Below, in pieces: positions 9,426 through 18,094 of a stretch of 64,000 nucleotides of DNA. The notes below the pieces were generated by a model. That model was not told the DNA's origin, ran no database searches, and saw only the letters and a program-made list of their open reading frames with translations. Source of the DNA: Alphaproteobacteria bacterium (GTDB lineage Bacteria > Pseudomonadota > Alphaproteobacteria > GCA-2746255); NCBI GenBank assembly GCA_965249135.1, contig OZ252220.1, positions 1,984,001 through 2,048,000 of the forward strand. The letters are read 5' to 3'. The stretch's first letter is position 1. Each line of letters begins with the position of its first letter. The translations under genes and the position numbers were made by a program.

Positions 9426-10360
9426 ATGAGTGCAGATTCCCTAAAAACCCTTAAATCCGTTTTGCTATCCGGCACCATGCTTCCTTTGGTGGCGGGGGCA
9501 GGCGTTATTGCGATTGGCGTGACGCTTGGTGACACCCCTGTGCAAGCCGAGCAGCTCGCGGGCTATTACAAAAATCAGGGAACGAAGAATCCCTGTGCCG
9601 CGAAGAATCCCGATATGGCAAGGCGGGGCTGCAACCCTTGTAACCCTTGCGCGGCGAAGGGCTGTACCCCTGTGGCCCGTGCGGTCCATGCGGTGCCGCT
9701 GCAGGCCCAGAGCTTTCGGATAAGGAAGCAGACGCGCTTTATAAGAAGCTCAAGGGCAAGATGGCGAAGGCCTACAAGCAATCCGGTCTTCCCTTCGCCG
9801 CCTATTACCAGACCTGGAAACGCTTCAATACCGTCCCATACGTTTCCGCCACCCATGGCGGTCGTTATGTGAACAACTATGGGAACGCGAAGGCAGGCGC
9901 ATACAGAAAATTCGAAGAAGCTGGGAAGATGCCCAAAAGCGCCATCCTTGTGAAAGACAGCTTCACGAGCGTGGCTGCGAAAGGATGCAACCCCTATAAT
10001 CCCTGTGCGGCGAAGAACCCTTGTGCGGCGAAAGGATGCAATCCCTGCAACCCCTGCGCGGCGGAGAACCCTTGTGCGGCCAAGGGCTGCAACCCTTGCA
10101 GCCCGTGCGGTCCCTGCAACCCATGTGGGGCTACATCGAAATCTCCCATTGGTCCCCTCTTCGTCATGGAAAAGATGGGAGAAGGATTCTACCCCGCGAG
10201 CGGCGATTGGCGTTACACGATGGTCTTGCCAAACGGGCAGGTCTTTGGGACGACGAAGGGAAAGGGCTCCGACAAGGTTGAGTTCTGCATAACCTGTCAC
10301 GTAGCTGCGGAAGATTACGATCACTTGATGTTCTTGCCGGACGAATATCGGAAAAAGTAA
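9426..10360 (+). CDS. Cytochrome P460-family c-type cytochrome with two Cys-rich NPC/AAK repeat blocks; 1-bp frameshift near 9665
   Basis: CAGGAG RBS, signal peptide, [31 protein letters not shown]-terminal CITCH; adding one A (TGT-AAC-CCC) restores the repeat and a 311-aa ORF. Confidence 0.8.
9586..9693 (+). repeat. Coding low-complexity repeat block 1 ([14 protein letters not shown]), 8 Cys
   Basis: Read directly from the frame-corrected translation. Confidence 0.85.
9973..10130 (+). repeat. Coding low-complexity repeat block 2 ([11 protein letters not shown]...), 12 Cys, inserted inside the P460 domain
   Basis: Lies between LVKDSF and GPLFVMEK in ORF 9647-10360. Confidence 0.9.
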
Positions 10361-10466
10361 CCGAAACCGGCATCCGAACATCCAAGCACTTTGGCCCATC
10401 CGCGGCGGCATCGCGTTAAAACGTGAGTCGCCCGGTGGTGTCAAGGTGCAAGTCTAGGGAAGAATC

Positions 10467-11495
10467 ATGCGCGAGGATTGGACAAGGCCCCTTTTATTGG
10501 CAGCTGGCATATTTATCTTTTGTGTAACCGCCTACCATCTTTTTTCAGGGAACGACGTCCTGGCCAGCGATTTGCGCAAATCCAGCGATTTGCGCAAATG
10601 GAGGTCAGAATGGCCCCATACGGACTTTGCAAAAACATCGATCGACTTCAATGAGATTTCTTCCGGGGGACCCAAGAAAGACGGTATTCCTGCAATTGAT
10701 TATCCGAGATTTAAGCCGATCGATGAGATTTCGACGGTCGGCAATGATGAACTCGTTGTGACGGTTATTATTGGTGATGAGGCACGTGCCTATCCAGTGC
10801 AAGTCCTGATGTGGCACGAGATCGTCAATGACAAGATCGGGGAGGTGCCCCTTTCCGTCACGTTCTGCCCGCTTTGCAACTCGGCAGTCGTTTTCGACCG
10901 GCGGCTGAAAGGGAAAGTCCTGGATTTTGGGACCACCGGTAAACTTCGCAACTCAGACCTCGTCATGTACGACCGTCAAACGGAAAGCTGGTGGCAACAG
11001 TTCACGGGTGAGGCGATTGCCGGATCCCTTACCGGCGAAAAATTGACGTTCCTCCCGGCGCGGGTCGAATCCTTCGCGAAGTTTCGGAAGCGGGCTCCAA
11101 AGGGAAAAGTGCTGGTCCCGAATTATACGAGCATGCGTGCCTACGGCTACAATCCCTATGCCGGCTATGACCGCAATCCCTATCCTTTCCGCTATCGGGG
11201 CGAAATGCCGTCAAACATCGCCCCGTTGGAAAGAGTCGTCTCGGTGGGGAAAGAGGCCTGGAGCCTCAAATTTCTCCGCAAACGTCGAAAGATCGTCGCC
11301 GATGGTCTTATTCTCACATGGGAATCCGGCCAGAACTCGGCGCTTGATACAGAGCGTATCAGCGAGGGGCGCGATATAGGGAATGTCATCGTCCAACGGA
11401 AAACGGCGGATGGCCCGGAAGATGCCGTTCACGACATAAGTTTTGCCTTTGCGTTTCATGCCTTTCATCCCGACGGCGTGATTCACGTGGATTAG
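10467..11495 (+). CDS. DUF3179 domain protein (exported, CxxC)
   Basis: SGGPKKDGIPAID, WHEIVND, TFCPLCNS, FGTTGKLRNSDLVMYDRQTESWWQQ, FAFHAFHPD. Confidence 0.88.
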   Translation: MREDWTRPLLLAAGIFIFCVTAYHLFSGNDVLASDLRKSSDLRKWRSEWPHTDFAKTSIDFNEISSGGPKKDGIPAIDYPRFKPIDEISTVGNDELVVTVIIGDEARAYPVQVLMWHEIVNDKIGEVPLSVTFCPLCNSAVVFDRRLKGKVLDFGTTGKLRNSDLVMYDRQTESWWQQFTGEAIAGSLTGEKLTFLPARVESFAKFRKRAPKGKVLVPNYTSMRAYGYNPYAGYDRNPYPFRYRGEMPSNIAPLERVVSVGKEAWSLKFLRKRRKIVADGLILTWESGQNSALDTERISEGRDIGNVIVQRKTADGPEDAVHDISFAFAFHAFHPDGVIHVD

Positions 11496-11567
11496 GGAAA
11501 CCCGGGTCGACGCGATGGGGATTATCAGCCCCGACGGCAATCAGAAAATACTATATTTTTCAACAAA

Positions 11568-13148
11568 CTACGCAAAGTTGATCGGCCGTCCGATGAGCGA
11601 TTCCGTAAGCCGTGCCGTGTTCCGGGCAACCAGCGCATAAATCGATACCTGGGGATTGACGCCGAGGCTCGTCGGAAAGACGGATCCATCAAAAATGGAA
11701 AGCCCTTCGACTTGGTGATGGCGACCAAACGAATCGACGACCCCAAGCTTGGCATCGTCCGACATCGCACAGCCGCCCATGATATGTGCAGAGAAGATAA
11801 GTGCGCGAGGAGGTTTCATCGAAAGACCCTCGGTGATCGCCTGTTTTGCCTCTCGCCAGCTTTCATAAGGCCGCGTCTCCCGGTGAACGGGAAAAACGGA
11901 TTTTGCACCTGCTGCAAAGCTAAGTTCCGCCATCGAAAGATAAGCGTGACGGAATCCTTCCCAGTGAAATTCATTTGTACGGTAGTCGAGCACGGGACTT
12001 TCATCTTTTTGGAGAACGACCGTGCCGCCTTCGAAAGAGGGATTGAACCCATCCCGTATTAGCGCAATCAAGGCATGCGTATAGGGAAGCTGCGCCATCC
12101 CGTCTGCACGCTGATCACCGAACGTCGGGATCGAAATCGCCGCATGAACGGGGAAAAGCGGAGGCACCTCAAGTTTATAGCCGACCTTTCCATCGATACC
12201 GTCGCGCCAGAGAAACTCATCCGAATAGATCGACTGCGGTGCTCCATCGAAAGGCAGGACTTCTTTCGATAATTCACCGGCAAGGGCATTGACCGGATGG
12301 AGGAAGGTTCGTTTACCAAGCCGTTGATAAGGATCTGGAATCTTGGATCGGAGAAGCAGGCCGGGTGAATTGATGCCACCCCCCGCCACGACGACGTTTG
12401 ATGCATAAACCCTGATCTTCCGGCCGTTCGGATGAATACCTTCCGGATCGAGAGCCAGACACTGCACCATTTTCACCTGACCGTGCGCCGTTTCGATCTT
12501 CCTGGCTCTGGCATGGCTGATCAGGATGGCGCCGTGGTCAAGCGCCGCTGGAATCGTCGTTACCAGCATGGATTGTTTCGCATTCGTCGGGCATCCATAG
12601 CCGCAATAGCTGATGTTCCAGCATCCACGGACATTCCGGGACACGATGCCATGTTTCCAGCCAAGGGCATCGCAGCCACGAAGCAGCGCGCCGTTGTTGG
12701 CATTCGGAGGCACGTCCCAGGGCGCGATGGCAAAGCGGCGTTCCACCATTTCGAACCACGGCGCCATCGTCTCTGCGTCCGTCTCCTTCACGCCAAACGC
12801 TTCCGCCCAATGGGCAAGGGTCTCGGGCGGCGTGCGGAAGCTTGCCGTCCAGTTGACGACGGTGCCGCCGCCGACGGCCCGCCCCTGAAGGATGGTGATT
12901 GCCTTGTCCTTCGTCTTATGGCTTCCCGTGTCCCAATAGAGCCTACGGTAGGCGTCCCCCTCCCGGCCCGTGAAATCACGCGCCGTCCAATAGCCGCCTT
13001 CCTCGATCAGCACGACCTGCAGGCCGGCCTGGGCCAGCATTTCCGCCGCCACGCCGCCGCCGGCACCGGTACCGATGATGGCGACATCGGCGGCGAAGCT
13101 TTCGTCCTTCTCGAGCGTCGCAGCGTCGATATGGATTTGTTCCGCCAT
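11568..13148 (-). CDS. GMC-family FAD oxidoreductase (long-chain alcohol oxidase-like)
   Basis: GTGAGGG FAD motif, GRAVGGGTVVN, SAHIMGGC, GVNPQ. Confidence 0.9.
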   Translation of the reverse strand: MAEQIHIDAATLEKDESFAADVAIIGTGAGGGVAAEMLAQAGLQVVLIEEGGYWTARDFTGREGDAYRRLYWDTGSHKTKDKAITILQGRAVGGGTVVNWTASFRTPPETLAHWAEAFGVKETDAETMAPWFEMVERRFAIAPWDVPPNANNGALLRGCDALGWKHGIVSRNVRGCWNISYCGYGCPTNAKQSMLVTTIPAALDHGAILISHARARKIETAHGQVKMVQCLALDPEGIHPNGRKIRVYASNVVVAGGGINSPGLLLRSKIPDPYQRLGKRTFLHPVNALAGELSKEVLPFDGAPQSIYSDEFLWRDGIDGKVGYKLEVPPLFPVHAAISIPTFGDQRADGMAQLPYTHALIALIRDGFNPSFEGGTVVLQKDESPVLDYRTNEFHWEGFRHAYLSMAELSFAAGAKSVFPVHRETRPYESWREAKQAITEGLSMKPPRALIFSAHIMGGCAMSDDAKLGVVDSFGRHHQVEGLSIFDGSVFPTSLGVNPQVSIYALVARNTARLTESLIGRPINFA

Positions 13149-13496
13149 CAGACTACCTTTTGCACCTCGTCCGGGATGTCCGGCGGCCCGTCATAGCCCA
13201 CCCAGGGCCAGGCGCGCGGATTGTCGTACCAGGCGGCCATAACCAAGTCGTGGAAGGCGGCATAGGCAAGCTGCAGGAGCGTAAATGAGCTCGTCGACCA
13301 ACGGCCCCCAGGAAATCCTCCACCTCTTTCCCGGAGGCCGTCTCCCAGCCGCTCCAAATGCCCGTGAGTGCTATTCTGGCCGGCGGGAAGTCCAATAGGT
13401 CGAAAAGCTGGCGCAGGTCAGCCTGCATCAGGGGGGACATGGCGGCGATTAGGCGGTCGATTTCACCCAAGATTTCGGCAATCGCAGCCGGCCGCC
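13148..13496 (-). pseudogene. 5'-truncated, frameshifted small partner subunit of the GMC oxidoreductase
   Basis: Two frames join at a G run near 13305 to give ...LTGIWSGWETAS...FLGRWSTSSFTLLQLAYAAFHDLVMAAWY...VGYDGPP; no start codon before the upstream gene's stop. Confidence 0.7.
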
Positions 13497-15161
13497 CTAA
13501 CCGGCCTTGTGCGCTCCGTCCTGCTTGCGCAGTTTCCGACGCATGATCTTGCCGGTTGCCGTCATCGGCAATTCGGAAACGAACTCAACTTCGCGCGGAT
13601 ATTCATGCGCCGCAAGACGCGACTTTACGAAAGCCTGAATCTCGCTCGCCAGCGCATCATTTGGCGAGAACTCCGGCTTGAGAACGACGAATGCCTTGAC
13701 GACCTCTGTGCGCACCGGATCCGGGATGCCGATGGCAGCGACCAGCGCGATGGCCGGATGCTTCATCACGCATTCCTCGATCTCACCGGGACCGATGCGA
13801 TAGCCAGCGCTGGTGATAATGTCATCGTCGCGACTCTTGTACCAAAAGTAGCCCTCGTCATCCTTACTTGCCAGATCGCCGGTCAGACACCAATCGCCGA
13901 TGAATTTCTTCTTGGTGGCTTCCGGGTTCCGCCAATATTCGAGAAACATCACTGGATCCGGGCGTTGGATTGCAACCTGACCGACGGTCCCCGGTGCTAC
14001 CGGATGACCCTCCTCGTCGACGATATCGACGTTATGCCCTGGGATCGGACGTCCCATGGAACCAGGTCTCACGGGCAGAATGGTAGCGCAATTGCCCAGC
14101 ACCAAATTGACCTCGGTCTGACCATAGAACTCATTAATGGTAAGGCCGAATACCTCGTCCCCCCAACGCAACAATGCCTCGCCCAGCGTTTCGCCGCCAC
14201 TGCCAAGGCTTCGTAGGTTGACGGCATGACGTTCCTTCGGATTTTCGACCTGACGCATGAGCTTGAGAGCGGTCGGCGGCAGGAAGACGTTGCGTACATT
14301 GTGCTTTGCGATCAGATGAAACGCATGTTCAGGATCAAACTTGCGCGCCCGGTGGGCGAGAACCGGAATGCCATGATGCCAACTCGGCAACAGCACATCG
14401 ATCAGTCCGCCGATCCATGCCCAATCCGCCGGTGTCCAGAACAGATCTCCCGGCTGCGGAAACAGGTTGTGAGGAAACTCGACCCCTGGCAGATGACCGA
14501 GCAGTACACGATGGGCATGTACGGCTCCTTTCGGCGGGCCGGTCGTGCCGGAGGTATAGATGATCAGTGCCGGGTCATTGGCGGTCGTGGCGACAGGCTT
14601 GAAATCGGCCGACGCCTCATCGAGGAGGGCCCAGAAATTGGCAGTGTCTTCATCCTTTCCCTCAGTCACGATAATGGTGGAAAGGCTCGGCAGGCGGTCG
14701 CGAATGGTGAGTAGCTTTTCAAGATTTGAACCGTCCGTGACGACCACGCGGGCATCGCTGTTGGCGAGCCGGTATTCGATGGCATCCGGTCCAAACAGCG
14801 TAAACAGCGGAACGGCAATACCCCCCGCTTTGTAGACGGCAAGGTGGGTAATCGCCGCTTCGGGGGATTGCGATAGCAAAATGCCAACGCGTTCGCCGCG
14901 CTCGAGACCCAAAGCCTGTAACACGTTCGCGAAACGATTGGAAAGTTTTCTCAGTTGACCAAAGGTGTAGGTGGTAACGTTGCCGGCCTCGTCTTCGTAG
15001 ATTAAGGCCCGTTTATTGGCCGGGTGCTTGTCGCAGACATCGATGCCAAGGTTGTATTGCTCGGGCACCTCCCAGCGAAATGCTTGGCGAATTTCCTCGT
15101 AGCTTTTGCCCGGTTTTAGCATGCTTCTTCCCAAAAAATTTATTGGTTTTTTTTCATTCAT
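13497..15161 (-). CDS. Acyl-CoA synthetase (AMP-forming, short/medium-chain type)
   Basis: YTSGTTGPPKG, YGQTE, TGDL, MTATGKI. Confidence 0.92.
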   Translation of the reverse strand: MNEKKPINFLGRSMLKPGKSYEEIRQAFRWEVPEQYNLGIDVCDKHPANKRALIYEDEAGNVTTYTFGQLRKLSNRFANVLQALGLERGERVGILLSQSPEAAITHLAVYKAGGIAVPLFTLFGPDAIEYRLANSDARVVVTDGSNLEKLLTIRDRLPSLSTIIVTEGKDEDTANFWALLDEASADFKPVATTANDPALIIYTSGTTGPPKGAVHAHRVLLGHLPGVEFPHNLFPQPGDLFWTPADWAWIGGLIDVLLPSWHHGIPVLAHRARKFDPEHAFHLIAKHNVRNVFLPPTALKLMRQVENPKERHAVNLRSLGSGGETLGEALLRWGDEVFGLTINEFYGQTEVNLVLGNCATILPVRPGSMGRPIPGHNVDIVDEEGHPVAPGTVGQVAIQRPDPVMFLEYWRNPEATKKKFIGDWCLTGDLASKDDEGYFWYKSRDDDIITSAGYRIGPGEIEECVMKHPAIALVAAIGIPDPVRTEVVKAFVVLKPEFSPNDALASEIQAFVKSRLAAHEYPREVEFVSELPMTATGKIMRRKLRKQDGAHKAG

Positions 15162-15279
15162 CTACCCACTTAAACTTGTTGTGGATTATGACCAGCGTCT
15201 TTGGTCGCACCTAGCATTTTTCAGAACTCCTTGTATGCTAAGGGGTTCTTACTAAATAAGGGGGCAGGAGTCAGAACGG

Positions 15280-16551
15280 ATGATGGTGAAGACAAGGATC
15301 ATTTGGATATGGGCCATGTTGGCCGCTGGCCTGATCTTTGGGATTCCGGCTTATGCCGAAGAAGTGCCCGAAGGGACAGTCATCAGCGCCAAGAATCTTG
15401 GCTCCCTTCTCGATAAGACCTTCGAGGGGGAAACCATTCAGAATCTTATCTCTGAGCAGTTTCAGTGGCAGATTCGCGAGAAGGGTCTGACGATGAAACT
15501 TAAGCATTCGAAGCCTCATCCAAAGGATCCGCAATGGGTGGCGGCGACGAATCGCAATCTGGAAGCGGTAACGCTGGATGGCGCAACGAATCAGGTGAAT
15601 GGCTGGCTGGCTGGTGCGCCTTTTCCGGCGATCGACTTGCAAGACCCGAAGGCGGGCATCAAGGTCATGTGGAACATGTTCCTGGGCAAGCAGCAGGGCG
15701 ATAGTCAGGAATACCCGAACACGGTCATTGCACTTCTCAACGACAAATCAGGGCTCGAACGGGTCCAGAAACAATTTGTCAAGCGGGTTTTCGTGAGAGG
15801 GGCTTTGCGCCGGGGCGGGCAAGTCTCCGAAGAGAAGAGAATCTTGGAAAAAACGCTTTCCGTCCTGACCGCACCCCTGGACTTGAAGGGAAATGGGCTG
15901 GTCCTGATCCGCTACGTAAATGGGGATCCGGATTGGCTATTGGCCTACGCGGTAGCGGCGCGCAAAGTACGGCGTTTTTCAGGGGCCTTCTGGATGGATA
16001 AGTTGGGTGCCACGGACTTCCTTACCGACGATTTGATGGTCTTGAGCGCACATCCGACCTGGTATCCAGAATTCAAGATAATCGCGAAAAAGAAGATCCT
16101 TGTAGTTGCCCATTCGAAGGACCCTTTCTGGCAGCCAAAGGCTGCCACGCCCCAAGAACGATTTCCTCTCTTCGATTTAGGAACGCCACCCTATTGGAAT
16201 CCGGTCGATGAGTGGGAACCCCGTGAGGTCTACGTCGTCGAGGGAAAAACGCCCGAACAGCACCCCTATAGCCGCAAGGTGGTCTATGTCGATGCCGAGT
16301 TCTGGACCCCTTATTTGGGCGAGTATTACACGCCGAAGGGGCAGCTCTGGAAAACGACGATCCAGGGCTACAGCGTCTTCCCGACCCAGGATGATCCAGA
16401 CGGAAAGGTCTTGTGGCCGACATGGTCGGCGGTTTTTGATTTTCAGATCGGCCACGCCACTATTCTGATGACGGATGAAAACATCCGATTCAATACCGAT
16501 ATTTCGCCAACGGAAATCAATCTGAAGGCCGTCAAAAGAGCAAAGTGGTGA
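15280..16551 (+). CDS. DUF1329-family exported protein (LolA-like fold)
   Basis: Signal peptide, GAPFPAID..DPKAGIKVMWN, RKVRR, WEPREVYVVEG, HPYSRKVVYVD. Confidence 0.8.
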   Translation: MMVKTRIIWIWAMLAAGLIFGIPAYAEEVPEGTVISAKNLGSLLDKTFEGETIQNLISEQFQWQIREKGLTMKLKHSKPHPKDPQWVAATNRNLEAVTLDGATNQVNGWLAGAPFPAIDLQDPKAGIKVMWNMFLGKQQGDSQEYPNTVIALLNDKSGLERVQKQFVKRVFVRGALRRGGQVSEEKRILEKTLSVLTAPLDLKGNGLVLIRYVNGDPDWLLAYAVAARKVRRFSGAFWMDKLGATDFLTDDLMVLSAHPTWYPEFKIIAKKKILVVAHSKDPFWQPKAATPQERFPLFDLGTPPYWNPVDEWEPREVYVVEGKTPEQHPYSRKVVYVDAEFWTPYLGEYYTPKGQLWKTTIQGYSVFPTQDDPDGKVLWPTWSAVFDFQIGHATILMTDENIRFNTDISPTEINLKAVKRAKW

Positions 16552-16576
16552 GGGGTAGCTTTTTGTGAAGCATCGC

Positions 16577-16613
16577 AAAACCGGGCAGAGCCGATAGGCT
16601 CCGCCCGGTTTTT
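16577..16613 (+). terminator. Intrinsic terminator, probably bidirectional
   Basis: AAAA-CCGGGC-AGAGCC...GGCTCC-GCCCGG-TTTTT downstream of DUF1329. Confidence 0.8.
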
Positions 16614-16657
16614 ATATGTGCCGTCTCATAGGATGCCTTCCACATAAGAGGAAGCTC

Positions 16658-16689
16658 AAAAAAAAGAGGAGCGCGAAAGCGCCCCTCTT
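16658..16689 (-). terminator. Intrinsic terminator of the POTRA-P460-like gene
   Basis: Minus strand reads AAGAGGGGCGC-TTTC-GCGCTCCTC followed by T8. Confidence 0.8.
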
Positions 16690-16715
16690 GCATAAATCCG
16701 GAACGAATTTAGGTT

Positions 16716-17834
16716 CTAGCTCGCATCGGTCTCGAAATAAAGCGTCTTCTTGTACTCATCCGGAAGGGCGAACAAATAATTGGATTTTGCGCCTCTTTCC
16801 TTTGTGATATCTGCAGCACTACCTTTGGCGTCGATCCTGGTGATCTTCCAGTCGCCGGTTGCAGCGCTGAAGCCTTTTTCCATCTTTTCAAGAATGACGA
16901 GCTCGCCGGCCCTCCACCTGGCGGTGAAGCCGGTGCGATTGCCATCACCGTGGAAGCTCTCCAGCACGAGAATCGTGTCGGCCGGCATCCGGTTGAAATT
17001 GCCCCACTTGTCCACCTTGTCGTTTGCATAAAGGTTGACGTAATGGTCGCCGGTGTATTTTCCGATTTGGAAGGGAACGAAGTTATAGCGCTTCCATTCC
17101 GTGTATTCGGAAACGATCTCGTTCTGGGATTTTTCCCACTCTTCCACCATCTTCCATCCAACCGCCATATAGAGGGCCTGCGCTTCCTTCTTCGAGAGCT
17201 TGTTGCGGGCGACCAATTCAGCTTGCTCTTCAGCCGACCTCAAGTCTTCACGACCGATCACTTCGCCGCGCACGACTGGAGATTCAATGGCGTTGACGAC
17301 CAAGGCGTCTCCCTCGGTGTGAACGATGATCTCCCAGAACATGCCGGTTGCGAAAAGCGACGTCACGGCAAGAACGAACTGATCGTAGTCAAACGGCTCA
17401 CCCGGACGTGTACGCTTGGCGTGGTCTTCGCCCAAGATATAGCGTTCGGCAAAACCTGCTTCGAGATCCTTCTCGCCCTCGACGCGAAGCTCTTTAACGA
17501 CCTTGCCGTTCTTCATAGGCCAAGTCTTGCCGGCACCGGGCGCGTAGAACGTGCCAGGGAGGTCAATCGTATCCGGGTAAAACCGGTAATAGTCCTTCGG
17601 CAAATCTTGCGTGAAGTTTTGGGGGGCGGCATCTGTTCGATCGTGATGCGTGAACGTGTTTTCTTTCACGTTGTAGATATGCCCGCCCCGAATGAAGGTG
17701 TCTGGTGCGTCCGGCGATTCGGCCCTGGCAGACGTGCCCATGACCAGAGCGGCTGTCGTTACGACGACAGCCCCAAAGGCTATTGGAAGTATCGCTCCGG
17801 ACGACAGAAGGGATTTCACGAAACTGGAACTCAT
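16716..17834 (-). CDS. Exported protein: POTRA-like domain fused to a haem-less cytochrome P460-like domain
   Basis: GAGGA RBS and signal peptide; LRVEG...PGEPFD...LFATGMF...EGDALVVNAIESP resembles BamA POTRA1; the C-terminal half aligns with the 9426-10360 protein but has no cysteine. Confidence 0.7.
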   Translation of the reverse strand: MSSSFVKSLLSSGAILPIAFGAVVVTTAALVMGTSARAESPDAPDTFIRGGHIYNVKENTFTHHDRTDAAPQNFTQDLPKDYYRFYPDTIDLPGTFYAPGAGKTWPMKNGKVVKELRVEGEKDLEAGFAERYILGEDHAKRTRPGEPFDYDQFVLAVTSLFATGMFWEIIVHTEGDALVVNAIESPVVRGEVIGREDLRSAEEQAELVARNKLSKKEAQALYMAVGWKMVEEWEKSQNEIVSEYTEWKRYNFVPFQIGKYTGDHYVNLYANDKVDKWGNFNRMPADTILVLESFHGDGNRTGFTARWRAGELVILEKMEKGFSAATGDWKITRIDAKGSAADITKERGAKSNYLFALPDEYKKTLYFETDAS

Positions 17835-18094
17835 GGCTTCCTCGCTGTCTTTGTTCTGTTTAGAAATTCTTTGTTTTTTATCGTTGGCGCCAAGCTGGCG
17901 CGTTGAATTATTTAACATATTTTCAACGGGTCAGGAAATCTAGTCAATATCGCTTGATTGGTGGCCTGACTTTGCGGGCGCGGGAGACCAGGGCTTGGCC
18001 TTATTTCTTAAGCTGTTGATCTGACTTAAGAACTGGGATTAACCTTAGCGACGATACCGAATTTTAAAAGCCGGCCCAGAGGCGCCAGGGTGCA

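Noticed and set aside
9586-10130. NPC/AAK repeats as a RiPP precursor or as multiple haem-binding motifs
   Set aside because: No His follows the repeat CxxC units, and no MNIO/DUF692, YcaO or dedicated radical SAM maturase is adjacent; PqqE has its own PqqA.
17960-18045. Sigma54, FNR and CtrA-like motifs in the POTRA-P460/DUF6969 spacer
   Set aside because: The GG-to-GC spacing is 9 rather than 10, the FNR right half-site is poor, and TTAA spacing is not 7.
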